50,418 bases of DNA from a bacterium (GTDB lineage Bacteria > Patescibacteriota > Minisyncoccia > Phycocordibacterales > UBA9973): assembly GCA_037200905.1 (NCBI GenBank), contig JBBCGN010000006.1:1-50418 (forward strand), written 5' to 3'. Below, piece by piece: positions 20,720 through 32,251 of the stretch. Under the pieces are notes generated by a model that was given only the letters and a program-made list of their open reading frames with translations, was not told the DNA's origin and did not search any database. Position numbers and translations under genes: made by a program. How positions within the stretch are numbered: position 1 is the first letter of the stretch; each line of letters opens with the position of its first letter.

Positions 20720-21260
20720 AAGAATGCGGTACAAGGGAAGGGGTCAGAATCGGCCGGAAGATGCTATGGCGCGCTGCACTCCAGCAGAAGAACCGGATCG
20801 GTTATTCTGCACGGCTACAGCCAGCACCGGCTGGTTAACCTCCTTTTTGAGCCTTCGGAGCTCTTTTTTCTCCTTTCGGATCTGGATGTTCAGGTCTCTG
20901 CGGGTGTCGCCGCTCGCATTGCGGCAATAGAGTTTGAGCGATTCGAGCTCGTCTCTTTGTTCTGGATGTTCCTTAGATGTTGCTCTGCGGACATACGTTC
21001 GGGGGTTTTGATGTTAAGAAAAAAAGTTAGATGCAGTGTTCGCGGGGTCTTGCCCCTGCAGGCGTTTGAGCTTCGAGATCTCTTTCTGGATCTCTTTGCG
21101 CTTTGCCTTGTCTTTTACCTGTTTCAAACTCCATGTGGAGGTCGTGGCTTTCGCGAGCGCAATTCGTTGAGAGACAGCTGTCCTTCGGCGCTCTGGCCAG
21201 TCTGAAGCATAACTTCGGGTTTTCGTTAAAAGATTGCGTGGACGGATCAGGCCGCCATTG
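20720..21260 (-). CDS. Hypothetical Lys/Glu-rich protein in fragments
   Basis: Open coiled-coil-like pieces on the minus strand (KDKAKRKEIQKEISKLKR; IRKEKKELRRLKKE). Boundaries unclear. Confidence 0.3.
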
Positions 21261-21839
21261 TTTCTTCCTCGGGCTGTCTGCGCACTAAGCGTTTTGCATC
21301 GCTGTACGCATCGATCCTGCAGATTTCGAACTCCGTGACGGTGCCGTTCTCCTGGATGACGTATCCCGTATCGCCGGCACGCTTGCCAAAGAGCGCCTGG
21401 CCGAGCGGGGAGTGCAAGGGAATGATCTTCTTCTTGCGCTTTTCACTGACATGATTTTCCATCATCGTGTCGATGAAATACTCTTCGGGTTCCTTTGCCG
21501 TTCAGGACAAGAAGCACGCCGTTGCCCGGCCCGACATGGGATGTCTGATGCGGCGGGTTCATAAATGGGTCGCTTCATCAATTGACTCATGCGGATAGCT
21601 TTCTTGTTCAAGCTTTCTGCGAGCATGGGGTCTGTGATCGTCTCGAGCATTTTGTTCACCATCCTGATTTCGCCTTGCAAAAATTTGTATCCATTCGGAA
21701 GAAGACGGTGCATCACGTTCTGCAGGCTCAATTCCCGAAAGGTTTCGCCATTGGTCTCGGGGGACGGAGGTTTTTGCTCGCTTTCACGGATAGGGGTTTT
21801 GCTCTGCGCTTTCGGAGCTTTGTTCATAACCTTTTTCAT
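21247..21839 (-). CDS. GreA/GreB C-terminal-domain-containing protein, frameshifted
   Basis: IIPLHSPLGQALFGKRAGD matches the Gre C-terminal SPLGxAL.GK..GD motif. N-terminus is not Gre-like. Confidence 0.55.
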
Positions 21840-21916
21840 AACTGTCTGTGTGATTTTAAAATTTCAAAAAACGAAAAATATATCGGTTACTATTATATAG
21901 ATTTACCGATGTAATG

Positions 21917-23027
21917 TCAAACCAGGCCCGCAGGCCTTGCAGCTATTCGTCGGAACGGGGCTTTTCGAGCTCCAACGTGGCCAATTCGGGGCTCGTACCG
22001 GCGATCTTGGTGACGTCTTTGTCTATCATCTTGAGGGCCTTGTTCGAGGCGTTGTAGTGGTTGGTGACGGTGCCGATGGCGTTGCCGAGCTTTGGTGTGG
22101 TATTCGCCGTAAGCGTTCAAGTGCTTGCCCAGGTCTTCGACTTTCTTGATGATCTCTTTGGCGGATTCCTCTATCTTGAAAGCCTTGAAGCCGTAGAGCA
22201 CGGACTGGAGATATGCCATGAACGTGGTCGGGGAGATGATGATGACTTTCTTCTCGTTGTAGGCGTAGTCGATGAGGTTGCGGGTGTTCACCTTTATCGA
22301 GCCGACTTCGTTCACCAAGAGGTCGTAATAGATGGCCTCGGCGGGAATTTACATGAAGGCGAAGGGCAGGGTATGCTCGTCCGGGCGGACGTATTTCGCC
22401 GTCTCGTCGATGCGCTTCTTCAAGTCGTTCTTGAATTCCTTTTCCAATTCTTCGCGCTTGCTTGTCGTCCATGGCGTGCACCACGCGGTCGTAGTTGTCG
22501 AGCGAGAACTTGGCATCGATGGGGATTGATGCCTTCCTTGGTGACGATGACGGCGTCCACCACTTCGCCGTTCTTGAATTCATACTGCATCTGGTACTGG
22601 CCGGGGGCGAGAGTGTTTGAAAGAATCAATTCGAGCGAAGCTTCGCCCCAGTTGCCGCGCTGCTTCTGATGCTTGAGAGTCTTTTCCAGGCTGCCGAGCT
22701 TCTCGGCGATGGTCACGAACTCGCGTGTGGCTTCGTTGGCCTTGGTCTGCTCGCGGGTGACGTCGTTGAGGCTCTTGTTCATCTGCTCGTTTATCTCTTT
22801 GATAAGGCGCTGCGAATCGGAGAATTGCGTACGCACGGCGTCCTGCATATCCGCGGCGGCTCTCGGTCATCTTTGAATCGAGGGGCGCGGGCCAGTTCCG
22901 CCATCTGCTGCTGGAGCAGGAGGAAAGACTCGCCCTTGTCGTCGGGCTTCTTCCTTTTTTCGAGCCACAGGTAGGCGAAAACTACTCCGGCGGCGGCGCT
23001 CACGATGATCCAAAAGATGTTCGGCAT
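21917..23027 (-). CDS. rmuC: DNA recombination protein RmuC, frameshifted
   Basis: N-terminal TM, coiled coil, RGNWGEASLE, PIDAKFSLDNY, IIISPTT. Confidence 0.92.
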
Positions 23028-23178
23028 GGGCTTATTTTACAGTAAATATAAGAATAAAATAGCACTTGACAAATAGGTATATTATATGATATAATATAAG
23101 AAAGGGTGCGTTTGTATTTGGTTGGTTATTTTTGGTCCCAAATCTTGGAGGCAGGAATAACCAACTAAATATCAGACC

Positions 23179-23382
23179 ATGACAACGAAACAGAAAATAG
23201 CCTTGCTTTCATGCTGGCCATCAATTATCGCTGAAGTCTTCTTCTTAACAAGTTATGTTTCAGCGTATAAAAAAGATGTCGTCCTGTATGACAAGCTCGT
23301 GACTGGTTCGATACTTCTTTCGTTCCTGTCGACCAACATCATTCTGGCGCTCTTCTTTACCCGGCGCCCCAAGACCGCATAA
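23179..23382 (+). CDS. Small two-TM membrane protein
   Basis: 67-aa hydrophobic ORF with TTGACA promoter and terminator. Confidence 0.55.
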   Translation: MTTKQKIALLSCWPSIIAEVFFLTSYVSAYKKDVVLYDKLVTGSILLSFLSTNIILALFFTRRPKTA

Positions 23383-23432
23383 GGCGAAAATGCCAGTCGA
23401 AAAGACATCATAATATAAGTGATGTCTTTTTT

Positions 23433-24160
23433 TTATTTCCCCAAATAGTGTCTGAGAGTATAGATCCAATCCTCTTCGTTGGCGGGATTCTGCTCCTTCT
23501 GTTTCAGGAGCCAGTCGAGGTAGCCGGGATCGAGGCGGGCCACTTCTTCGAGGGTCTTGCCGTTGTAATTTGCCGAAAGGAATGCTATACATGAGCGAAG
23601 GCGTGGCGGAAATCTCGATCATTTTCTCGATGGCAGCCGCTTCGTCGATGGCTGTTTTCTTTCATGACTTGTCGAGCAGGCGCTCGTAGAGCTGCTCGAG
23701 CACCAGCACGTCGCCCATGGCGTCATGCGCCTCGGCTTCGATCTCGATGTCGAGGTAGTAGCGCAGGAATTGCAGCTTGTATTGGGGGATGACGTTCTTG
23801 GTGTCGAGGGCTCGGCTACTCGCAAGGTATCGATGTTGCGAGTCGGCACGATGCCTTCTTTTTCTATGATGGCGAGGTCGAATTTGGCATTGTGGGCCAC
23901 CATGACGGCAGAAGGATCTTCGAGGAGAGTTTTGATTGGGGCATAGTGTTCGCTTTCTTGAAAGCCGGTTTGTCTGCTACCATTTTATTTGTGATATGGG
24001 TGATGGCGCTCGCTTCGGGGGGAATGGAGACAGGCGGCTTGAAGAGCTCGCAGAAAGTTTCCGACGCTGACTTGTAGGCGAGCTGGCAGAGAAAGTCTTT
24101 TTCCGGCTCGTTGCCGGTGGTTTCCGTATCTAAAAATATGATGTGTGGGGATTTATTCAT
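23433..24160 (-). CDS. DEDDh 3'-5' exonuclease (DnaQ/epsilon-like) with C-terminal PFGKY-type domain, frameshifted
   Basis: FLDTETTG, VAHNAKFD, IDTL, HDAMGD, PFGKYNGKTLEEV. Confidence 0.88.
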
Positions 24161-24422
24161 CCCGTTAGAGATTTGCATAATATCGTGTAATTAAATGGGA
24201 TCGTCTGATAAATTTGATCCTGTTATCTCTAACGGGATTCATGTGGCTATTCTAGCATGTTTTTGTATGATGGACCAAGAAATATAATTTTTAGAAAACA
24301 CACATAATTTTGAGCTCAAAATTTGCTCTGCTCGTCGCTCAAGAAAATATTAGCCGGAGTACCGCCTTTATTTTCTAAGCTCCTGCGCAAGGTTTTCATA
24401 AAAATTATATTTCTTAATCCAT

Positions 24423-24875
24423 ATGTTGCACGAACAGATAAAAAACAGCTTGAAAGACGCTATGCTCGCCAAGGACGCGGTCAAGCTCAAGGCGGTGCGC
24501 AATATGCTCTCGGCTTTCACCAACGAGCTCGTGGCCAAGGGCAAGAAGCCGAACGAGTTCCTCTCCGACGAGGAAGCTCTGGCCGTCATCGCCCGCCTGG
24601 CCAAGCAGCGCAAGGACTCTATCGAACAGTTCCGGGCCGGCCAGAGGGAAGACCTGGTCAAGGAAGAGGGAGGCCGAGCTCGCCATCCTCGAAGTCTACC
24701 TGCCGAAGATGATGGAGAAGGCCCGAAGTGGGTCGGTATCGCCGAGGCCAAGAAGGCCGCGCTCGGCATCACCGACGCGGCGCACAAGGGCCTGCTCATG
24801 TCCGCGCTCATGAAAGACCTGAAGGGCAAGGCGGACGGCGCGACGGTCAAGGAGGCGGTGGACGGCCTGTTTTAA
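24423..24875 (+). CDS. yqeY: GatB/YqeY domain protein
   Basis: LKDAMLAKDAVK, KQRKDSIEQF, LEVYLP, GKADG. Confidence 0.9.
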   Translation: MLHEQIKNSLKDAMLAKDAVKLKAVRNMLSAFTNELVAKGKKPNEFLSDEEALAVIARLAKQRKDSIEQFRAGQREDLVKEEGGRARHPRSLPAEDDGEGPKWVGIAEAKKAALGITDAAHKGLLMSALMKDLKGKADGATVKEAVDGLF

Positions 24876-24886
24876 TACGCCCGCGT

Positions 24887-25490
24887 ATGTATACGGTAAA
24901 AATATTAACCCGGCTGATCGAGCACCATCAGGCGCTCGCATACGGCCTGATATTTCTCGGGCCTGATCTTCGAAGGGGAGATCACGCTCATCTCGGCCGG
25001 CGTTGCTGTCGCATCTCGGCCGCGCTCAACCTGTGGGCGACGCTCGCCATCGCCGTGGCCGGAGGGCTGACAAAGACTTTCTCGGCTATTCGTTCGGGCA
25101 ATTCCTGCACCGCAAGTTCAACCGTACGAAATTCCTGGCCTTACGTGGAGAAGCGGCGTTGCTCTACGTGGTGCCGCGTGTTCGCCGAGAAGCCGTTCTG
25201 GTCCATATTCCTTTCCAAATTCATCACCGGCGTGAACTATCTCGTAGTCATCTTCGCGGGATACAAGAAGATAGCCTGGAAGGACGTACCTCCGGGCGGA
25301 AATCACTTCGACGATCATCTGGGCGCCGCTCCTCCTCGCCATCGGCTACTTCTTCAGCTTCGCCGCCATCCACCTGAGCAGGGAAATCGGCGCTTCTTGC
25401 TCACGGTCGCTTCATTTACTATAATCTTCCTCCTCGTCCGACAGGCTGATCGGGCTCTTCTACGAGCTCTCCGAGCATTACAAGATGGGG
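24887..25490 (+). CDS. dedA: DedA/VTT family membrane protein, frameshifted, 3' end abuts the valS break
   Basis: LIFEGEITLISAG, FLSKFITGVNY, AGYKKIAWK..IWAPLL. Confidence 0.75.
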
Positions 25491-27304
25491 AGGAATGCTC
25501 CATGACGAAGCGGGATGCGTTCCACATTTTGTTGGCGAATTTCGCGTAGCCGCGGATATCATTTTCGTCCAGCTTGAGATCGTTGCCCGGCGTGTTGCCG
25601 ATGATCATGGCCATGCGCAGGGCATCATTGCCGTACTTTTCGATGATAGAAAGAGGATCGATGGCTTTCTCGCCGAGCGATTTCGACATCTTCTTGCCGT
25701 CGGCGGTGCGGACCATGCCGTGCAGGTATACGTTCTTGAACGGCACTTCGCCTAAGAGATATTGCGACATCAGGATCATGCGGGCGATCCAGAAGAAAAG
25801 AATATCGTGTCCAGTTTCGATAATCGTCGTGGGGTGATAGGTTTCCAAGTCTTTTGTTTTCTCCGGCCAGCCGAGGGTGGAGAATGTCCACAGTCCGGAA
25901 GAGAACCACGTATCGAGCGTATCTTCATCCTGGGTCCAGCCTTCGCCTTCAGGCGCTTCTATGCCGCAATATGCTTCGCTTTCGTTTCCTTTCGCCTTGT
26001 ACCAGACCGGTATGCGGTGTCCGTACCAGATCTGGCGGGAGATGCACCAGTCGCGCAGATTCTCGATCCAGTGGAAATAGGTCTTTTCGAAATGCTCAGG
26101 CATGATGTTTATCTTCTTTTCCCGTACCGGCTCGAGCATCAATTCTTTGAGCGATTTATCGCCGCGCGCAGGAATTTTCTTGTTCACGTCCACGAACCAT
26201 TGCAGCATGATCTGCGGCTCGATGATGCCGCCGGTGCGCTCTGCCGTAGCCACGCGGTTCACGTAATTCTCATCGATAGAAACGAGTAGGCCTTTCTCTT
26301 TCAGTTTTTCCACGATCTTGTCCCGGGCCTCGGCGATCTTCATGCCGGCGAATTCGCCGGCGATAGGGAGGAGCTTGCCGTACTTGTCGATGATCTGCTC
26401 GCGGTCGAGCTTGTATTTCTCGGCCAGGGCGAAGTCTTCATGCGAGTGCCACGGCGTGATGGTCATGACGCCGGTGCCGAAGTCCATGTCGATCATCTCG
26501 TCCTTTATGATGGTGGCCTCTACGGGGCCGTTGATCCACTCCACGGTGATTTTCTGCCCGTGCTCATAATTCTTGTATCGCGCATCGTCGGGATGCATGA
26601 CCACGTATTTGTCGCCGAATTTCGTTTCCGGCCGTGCCGTGCCTATCTCGAACGGGCCGTATTTGAAGGTATAAAATTTGCCTTTGCGCTCCTCGTAGAC
26701 GAGCTCGTCGTCGGAGATGACGGTCTGGCCTTTCGGATCCCAGTTCACCATCCTGTTGCCGCGATAGATGAGCCCGTCGTCATACATGGTTTTGAACGCA
26801 GTCCGTACGGCAACAGTGCGTTTTTTCGTCGAGAGTAAAAGCTTCGCGGGACCAGTCGAGGCTCGCTCCCATTTTCTTCGCCTGGTTGACGATGGTGTCG
26901 TGCGAGTCCTGAGCAAACTTCTCGACGCGCTTCAGGAATTCCTCGCGGCCGAGGTCGTTCTTGCGCACCCCTTCTTTTTCCAGAAGCTTCTCGACTTTCG
27001 ACTGCGTGGCGATGGCGGCATGGTCGGTGCCGGGAATCCATAATGTTTTTTTGCCCTGCATGCGGGCATGGCGCACCATGATATCCTGGATGACGATCAT
27101 GAGGGCGTGGCCGGTATGCAGATTGCCGGTGACGTTCGGAGGAGGCAAGATTATCGAGAAATGCTCGGCATCGGCCTTCGTGACGCCCTTTTCGATGCAA
27201 GTATCAGGATTGAAGAATCCGCTCTCTTCCCAGAGCTTGTATATGCGCTCTTCGGTGTTTTTGGCATCGTAAGGCTTCAGAAACTTTTCGTCCATAGCCT
27301 CCAT
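25490..27304 (-). CDS. valS: Valyl-tRNA synthetase, truncated before the anticodon-binding domain
   Basis: PPPNVTGNLHTGHA, GTDHAAIATQ, DWCISRQIWYGHRIP, KMSKS. Homology stops at KMWNASRFVMEH. Confidence 0.93.
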
Positions 27305-27326
27305 AGTACCATAAAAGCGGGCTTTC

Positions 27327-28484
27327 CTACAGTTTGAGGTAGCCTTCGGCCTTGATGTTCGCGCCGCGGCCGACTTTGCCTTTCTTCTTGAGAAATTGCA
27401 TATATCCGGCCATGCCGATCATGAGGGAATTATCGGTGGCGAGGCCTGCACCAGGAAAAAGTACCTTTACGCCCTTGGCGGCTTTTTTTATTTCCGTCCG
27501 CAGATACTTGTTCGAGGCTACTCCGCCGGCCACGATGAGGGTCTTCGCATCGTATTTCTCAATGGCCTTTTTCGTCTTGTGCGCGAGCACCTCGACGGCG
27601 GCATTCTCGAATTCGAGGGCGATTTTCGCTTTCGTGCCGGTATCGAGCGTGCCGATCTTCTGGGTCAGGTACAGCACTGCTGTTTTCAGTCCGGAAAAAG
27701 AGAAATCAAAGTTCTTGGTGTACATCATCGGTCTTGGTAGCGAAAAGCTATGTCCTCGCGGGGGTCGCATAATTTTCTGCTGAAAATTTGCTCCTGCTCG
27801 GCCCGTCGGCCTGCGCAAGACCCCGCAATGACATATCTTTTCTCGCCCTATCTGCTAATTTCGATATTTCCGGTCCGCCGGGATATGGCAGGCCGAGCAT
27901 GCGGGCTACTTTATCAAAGGCTTCGCCGGCCGCATCGTCGAGCGTCTCGCCGAGAATCTTGTATTTCATCCAGTCCTTCACCAGTACGAGCTCGGTATGT
28001 CCGCCGGAGACGAGCAGCGACAGCACGGGGAATTTCATTTTCGGCACGGTGAACTTGCCGTTCTGCTTGCCGAAGACGGACAGGATATGGCCTTCCATAT
28101 GGTTCACGGGCACGAGCGGCACTTTCCATTTCTGGGCCAGTTCTTTGGCAAAGACGATACCGGTCCAGAGGGCCGGTTCGAGGCCGGGGCCGCTGGTGAC
28201 GGCGATCAGATCGACGGGCTTGTCTTTCTTGTCGAGCTTGGCCTTTTTCAAAGTCTTGGCGAGCAGTAACGGCAAGGCCTTGATATGCTCGCGCTTTGCG
28301 AGGGCGGGGAAGACTCCGCCGTATTCTTTGTGGATGTCTATCTGCGAAGTCAGGCTGTTCGCCAGCACGCGAAAAGACGCCAAAGGTCCATCTACGCCAT
28401 GGCGTAGATTCGGAATGCGCCGTGTGCTTCGACGATACTCACTCCTGTCTCGTCGCAAGATGTTTCGATGGCCAGTATGTTCAT
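27327..28484 (-). CDS. tsaD: tRNA t6A biosynthesis protein TsaD, frameshifted
   Basis: ILAIETSCDETG, GPGLEPAL, NHMEGH, SGGHT, DDAAGEAFDK, FSFSGLKT, TDNSLMI. Confidence 0.95.
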
Positions 28485-28613
28485 AGGTTTGCGTCTTAGT
28501 ATATATAGCATATAATAGGGCATTAGCAATTAATTCATCTGCGTCGCGCTTCAAAGGACACTATGCGATGTGATTCGATTCACAAGAATCGTGCTGGGCA
28601 TAAACAAAATCAT

Positions 28614-29104
28614 ATGACTACAAAAGAATTTTATATCAAGACGTTGAACGACGAGACCAAGAAGTTCCGCGACGCTAAGAGGCATTGCCGGACGATCAGT
28701 TCGGTTACAAAGTCCACGATAAATCACGAGAGGCTGGGAATTTGGCAGCGCAGCTCGGAGCTCAGTGGGAAGCTATTTCAGGCGTGCTGACTGCGGGCGT
28801 ACCGGCATTCAATGCGCACTCCATGGCAGGCGATATCACCAAGGCTCAAGTGCTTGAGAATTACGACAAAGGAATGGATCAGCTCAAGAAGGATGCTGCA
28901 GCAATCTCCGACGAGGAGTGGGAGAACGGCAAGGGCGTGCTCGACATGGGTCCGGCAGGCAAGTGGGAAGACACCAAGTCCGGCATGGCCTGGGGCTTTC
29001 TCTTCGATGCGATCCACCACCGCGGCCAGCTCACGACGTATCTTCGTGCCATGGGCGCCACCGTGCCGTCCATCTACGGCCCGAGCGCTGATACGAAGCA
29101 GTGA
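28614..29104 (+). CDS. DinB/YfiT-like family protein, frameshifted
   Basis: IHHRGQLTTYLRAMGATVPSIYG. Confidence 0.85.
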
Positions 29105-29149
29105 TTACGAATAGAGAAAGGCAAAAGAAAACCCCGCTAGCTATTTTAG

Positions 29150-29359
29150 CTACGGGGTTTCTGTCATTGTGTCTGCGCCGACGTATAGTTTGTCGGTGCC
29201 GACTTCGAAGGAGAGAAGCGGGACTTTCGGCTTTTGATTGATGTATAACATCAATCCGCCAGTCTGTTCTTCATTGAGAACGATACTGGTAACTCCAGCC
29301 TTTTTTGCTTCTTCGTACCTCTTCTGTGCAAGTTCCTCCAATCCTTCATTGATTAACAT
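29150..29359 (-). CDS. Small hypothetical protein
   Basis: 69-aa ORF with TTGACA..TATAAT promoter and a bidirectional terminator. Confidence 0.55.
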   Translation of the reverse strand: MLINEGLEELAQKRYEEAKKAGVTSIVLNEEQTGGLMLYINQKPKVPLLSFEVGTDKLYVGADTMTETP

Positions 29360-29391
29360 AGTGCTCGTTGTTTTCTTTTATAATATTATAA

Positions 29392-30105
29392 TTATTCGAC
29401 TTTGTCAAGTTTGCGTCTCGCGAGGGGAATAATAGCGCTGCGCAGATTGCGGACCATCTTGAGATCGTCTTGGAATTTGCCTGAGACTTGCGTATAGCCC
29501 TTTTTCTTTTCGTCGTACACTGTAGCGAGTTCTTCATAGGTAAAGTCGCTGCCCGTGCCTTCAACTGCAGTTCCGAAATCGATGATGACCGGCTGGCCTG
29601 CTTTGTCTATCATGACATTGCGTACATGCAGATCACGATGGTAAATACCGGCATTATGCATTTTCTTGATCTGATCATCTAAATCTTTCATGAAGGGTTC
29701 ATTGGAAAATGCATCAGGGACTTTGGATGGCTGAGCAAGGGCTTCTTCGACATTGATGCCGTCAATCTTTTCCATAAGAAAAAATTCATCACCGCTTTCA
29801 GTCTCGATTGAAAGCAAGGCAAGGGGAGTACGCACTCCGGCTTTGTGAGCCTTGCCCTGGAGCTCGTTCTCGCGATCGATAGTATTGTAGACGAGTTGCG
29901 GCGTTTCTTTCACTTTCTTGAGGCAGACCTTGGAGAATGGGCCTTCTTCGATTGCCAGGATCTCTGCGTTGCCGCCTTCGCCGATGGATTTCGCATGGAT
30001 CTCGAACGTCTTCAGGCACTCAATCAATTCCTCGACTTCTTTCGTTTCGAGAATCTTTTGTATCTTTTTTATTTCGTACGGCTTGATTGAAAAATCTTCC
30101 ATCAT
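29392..30105 (-). CDS. Protein-kinase-like enzyme (Bud32/RIO/KdkA-like)
   Basis: IGEGG Gly-loop, LKK, GVRTP, LMEKIDG, HRDLHVRN, IIDFG. Confidence 0.85.
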   Translation of the reverse strand: MMEDFSIKPYEIKKIQKILETKEVEELIECLKTFEIHAKSIGEGGNAEILAIEEGPFSKVCLKKVKETPQLVYNTIDRENELQGKAHKAGVRTPLALLSIETESGDEFFLMEKIDGINVEEALAQPSKVPDAFSNEPFMKDLDDQIKKMHNAGIYHRDLHVRNVMIDKAGQPVIIDFGTAVEGTGSDFTYEELATVYDEKKKGYTQVSGKFQDDLKMVRNLRSAIIPLARRKLDKVE

Positions 30106-30112
30106 ATATTTG

Positions 30113-30185
30113 TGCGCGATACAGGATTCGAACCTATGGCCTACCCCACGTCAAGGGGTCGCTCTACCAACTGAGCTAATCGCGC
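30113..30185 (-). tRNA. tRNA-Val(GAC)
   Basis: GCGCGAT acceptor stem, ACCCC-TTGACGT-GGGGT anticodon arm, GTTCGAATC. Confidence 0.93.
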
Positions 30186-30197
30186 GTTCCTCTGATA

Positions 30198-31412
30198 TTA
30201 CATTTTCTGGGCGATTCTTTCAAGGGCCAGTACGAAAGCGCTCAAGCGGAGATTGGTATTGAGCTCTTTGGCTTTGGCGAAAATGCCCTGCGCCGCCGTG
30301 TCCATGAGGCCGTGCAGTTTCTCGTTCACCTCGTTTTCCGTCCAATGCTCTCCGACCAGATTCTGCTGCCATTCGAAATACGAGACGGTGACGCCGCCGG
30401 AATTCGCCAATATGTCGGGAATGGCAGGAATATTTTTTCTTGAACAATATTTCATCGGCTTCCGGTGTCACTGGCCCGTTGGCAAGCTCTAATATGACCT
30501 TGGCTTGCACATTGCCTGCGTTCTGGGCGGTAATGACATTCTCAAAGCAGCAGGTATCAGGACATCGCAGGGAAGTGCGAGCATTTCTTCGTTGGTCATA
30601 TAGGTACTGTCGGGAAAATCTTTCAGCGAGCCGGTACTTTTCTTGTATTCCGACAGGGTTTTGATGTCGAGGCCGTTCGCATTATACGCCGCGCCTTTCG
30701 AATCCGAGATGGCGATGACCTTGTGTCCGTGCTCTATGAAAATCTCTCCTGCGTTGCTGCCGACGTTGCCGATGCCCTGGATGACCACACTGCATGACTC
30801 GGGCAGGCCGAGCTCTGCGCGCAGGGAATCGAAGACATAAAAACCGCCGAGACCGGTGGCTGCAGTGCGGCCTTCCGAGCCGCCTTGTTCGACCGGCTTG
30901 CCGGTAATGTGGCATCGGTCTTTTCTCCGGTGATCTTCTTGAATTCATCATTCATCCAGGCCATGATCTCGGGCGTAGTATTCACGTCAGGGGCAGGCAC
31001 GTCTTTCTGCGGGCCGAGGTAGCTTGCCATGCCGCGCACCCAGCCGCGGGAGAGGCGTTCGAGTTCGCCTTTGGAGAGAGTCTTCGGATCGACAGTGATG
31101 CCGCCTTTGCCGCCGCCCATGGGGATGTCGGCCACGGCGCATTTGAGGGCCATCCAGAAGGCCAGGGCCTTCACTTCGTTTATTTCCGTATCCTGATGAT
31201 AACGGATGCCGCCTTTGTAGGGGCCGCGGGCGTTGTTGTATTCCACCGGTAGCCGTCGAAGACTTTCGTAGAGCCGTCGTCCATCTCTACGGGGATGGAG
31301 ATTTTGATGTCGTTGTCCGGTATGCGCATGCGCGCCAAGAAATCGGCATCGAAGCTTTTGATCTTCGCTGCTTGTCGAGCTGGGTCATGGCGTTCTCGAA
31401 CGGATTTTGCAT
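30198..31412 (-). CDS. gdhA: Glu/Leu/Phe/Val dehydrogenase (glutamate dehydrogenase-like), frameshifted
   Basis: [52 protein letters not shown]. Confidence 0.9.
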
Positions 31413-31446
31413 AGGGAACTATTGTACCGCTTTTCGGAAGAAAAGT

Positions 31447-32209
31447 TTAGGCAGTGAGCTCTTCGAGGAGAGCGAGCTCTTGCTTTGAGTTCGGCTGGAT
31501 GCCTTCCATGATGTTCGCGACAGGAACGGCTTCTACTGATTTGCCTTGGGAGCGGGCGAGGCCGATGAGATCGGTCAGGTAATACTCGCCTTGGGCGTTG
31601 TCGTTCTTGAGGGCGTTAATGTTTCCCCAGAGCCATTGCCGGTCAAAGCAATAGATGGCCGGATTCACTTCCTTGAGGCCCTTTTCAGCGTCGGTCGCAT
31701 CCTTGAATTCGACATTTTTCTCCACTGTGCCATCGGCGCTCCTGATGATCCTGCCGAAGTTCATCATGCCAGCGCGCCACTGGAGATAATCCGGGACGAT
31801 GATGGTGCCCATGGTGATAGCCGGCTTCGATTCTTTATGTTTCTTGATGATGGAAGTGATCGTTTCTTTGGAGATGAGGGGTTGGTCCGTCGAGAGGACG
31901 AGAACGATGTCGTACTCCGGATGCATGGAATCCTTGGCGGAAGAAACTGCATGGCCGGTGCCGAGCTGCTCCGCCTGATGGGCATATTTCTGGCCTTCGC
32001 CGATGACTTCAAATATCCGCTCTTTCTTGTGGCCGACGACGATGACCGGCTGTATCGGAGGATGAAGTTCTGAAACCGTATCAAGGATGTGCTGGAGGAA
32101 CGGTTTGCCCTTGAAAGGGGAAAGGGCCCTTCGGATCGTCCGATTCCATGCGCTTGCCCTTGCCCGCGGCCAATATGACGATTTGAACCTTGTCTAAGAT
32201 GTTTCCCAT
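31447..32209 (-). CDS. NTP-sugar pyrophosphorylase (GlmU N-terminal domain only), frameshifted
   Basis: ILAAGKGKRM, EQLGTGHAV, FGRIIR, NAQGEYYLTD. No acetyltransferase repeats. Confidence 0.85.
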
Positions 32210-32251
32210 AGGACTGAAATTATACTAACTCTGATACATATTGTCGAGAAG

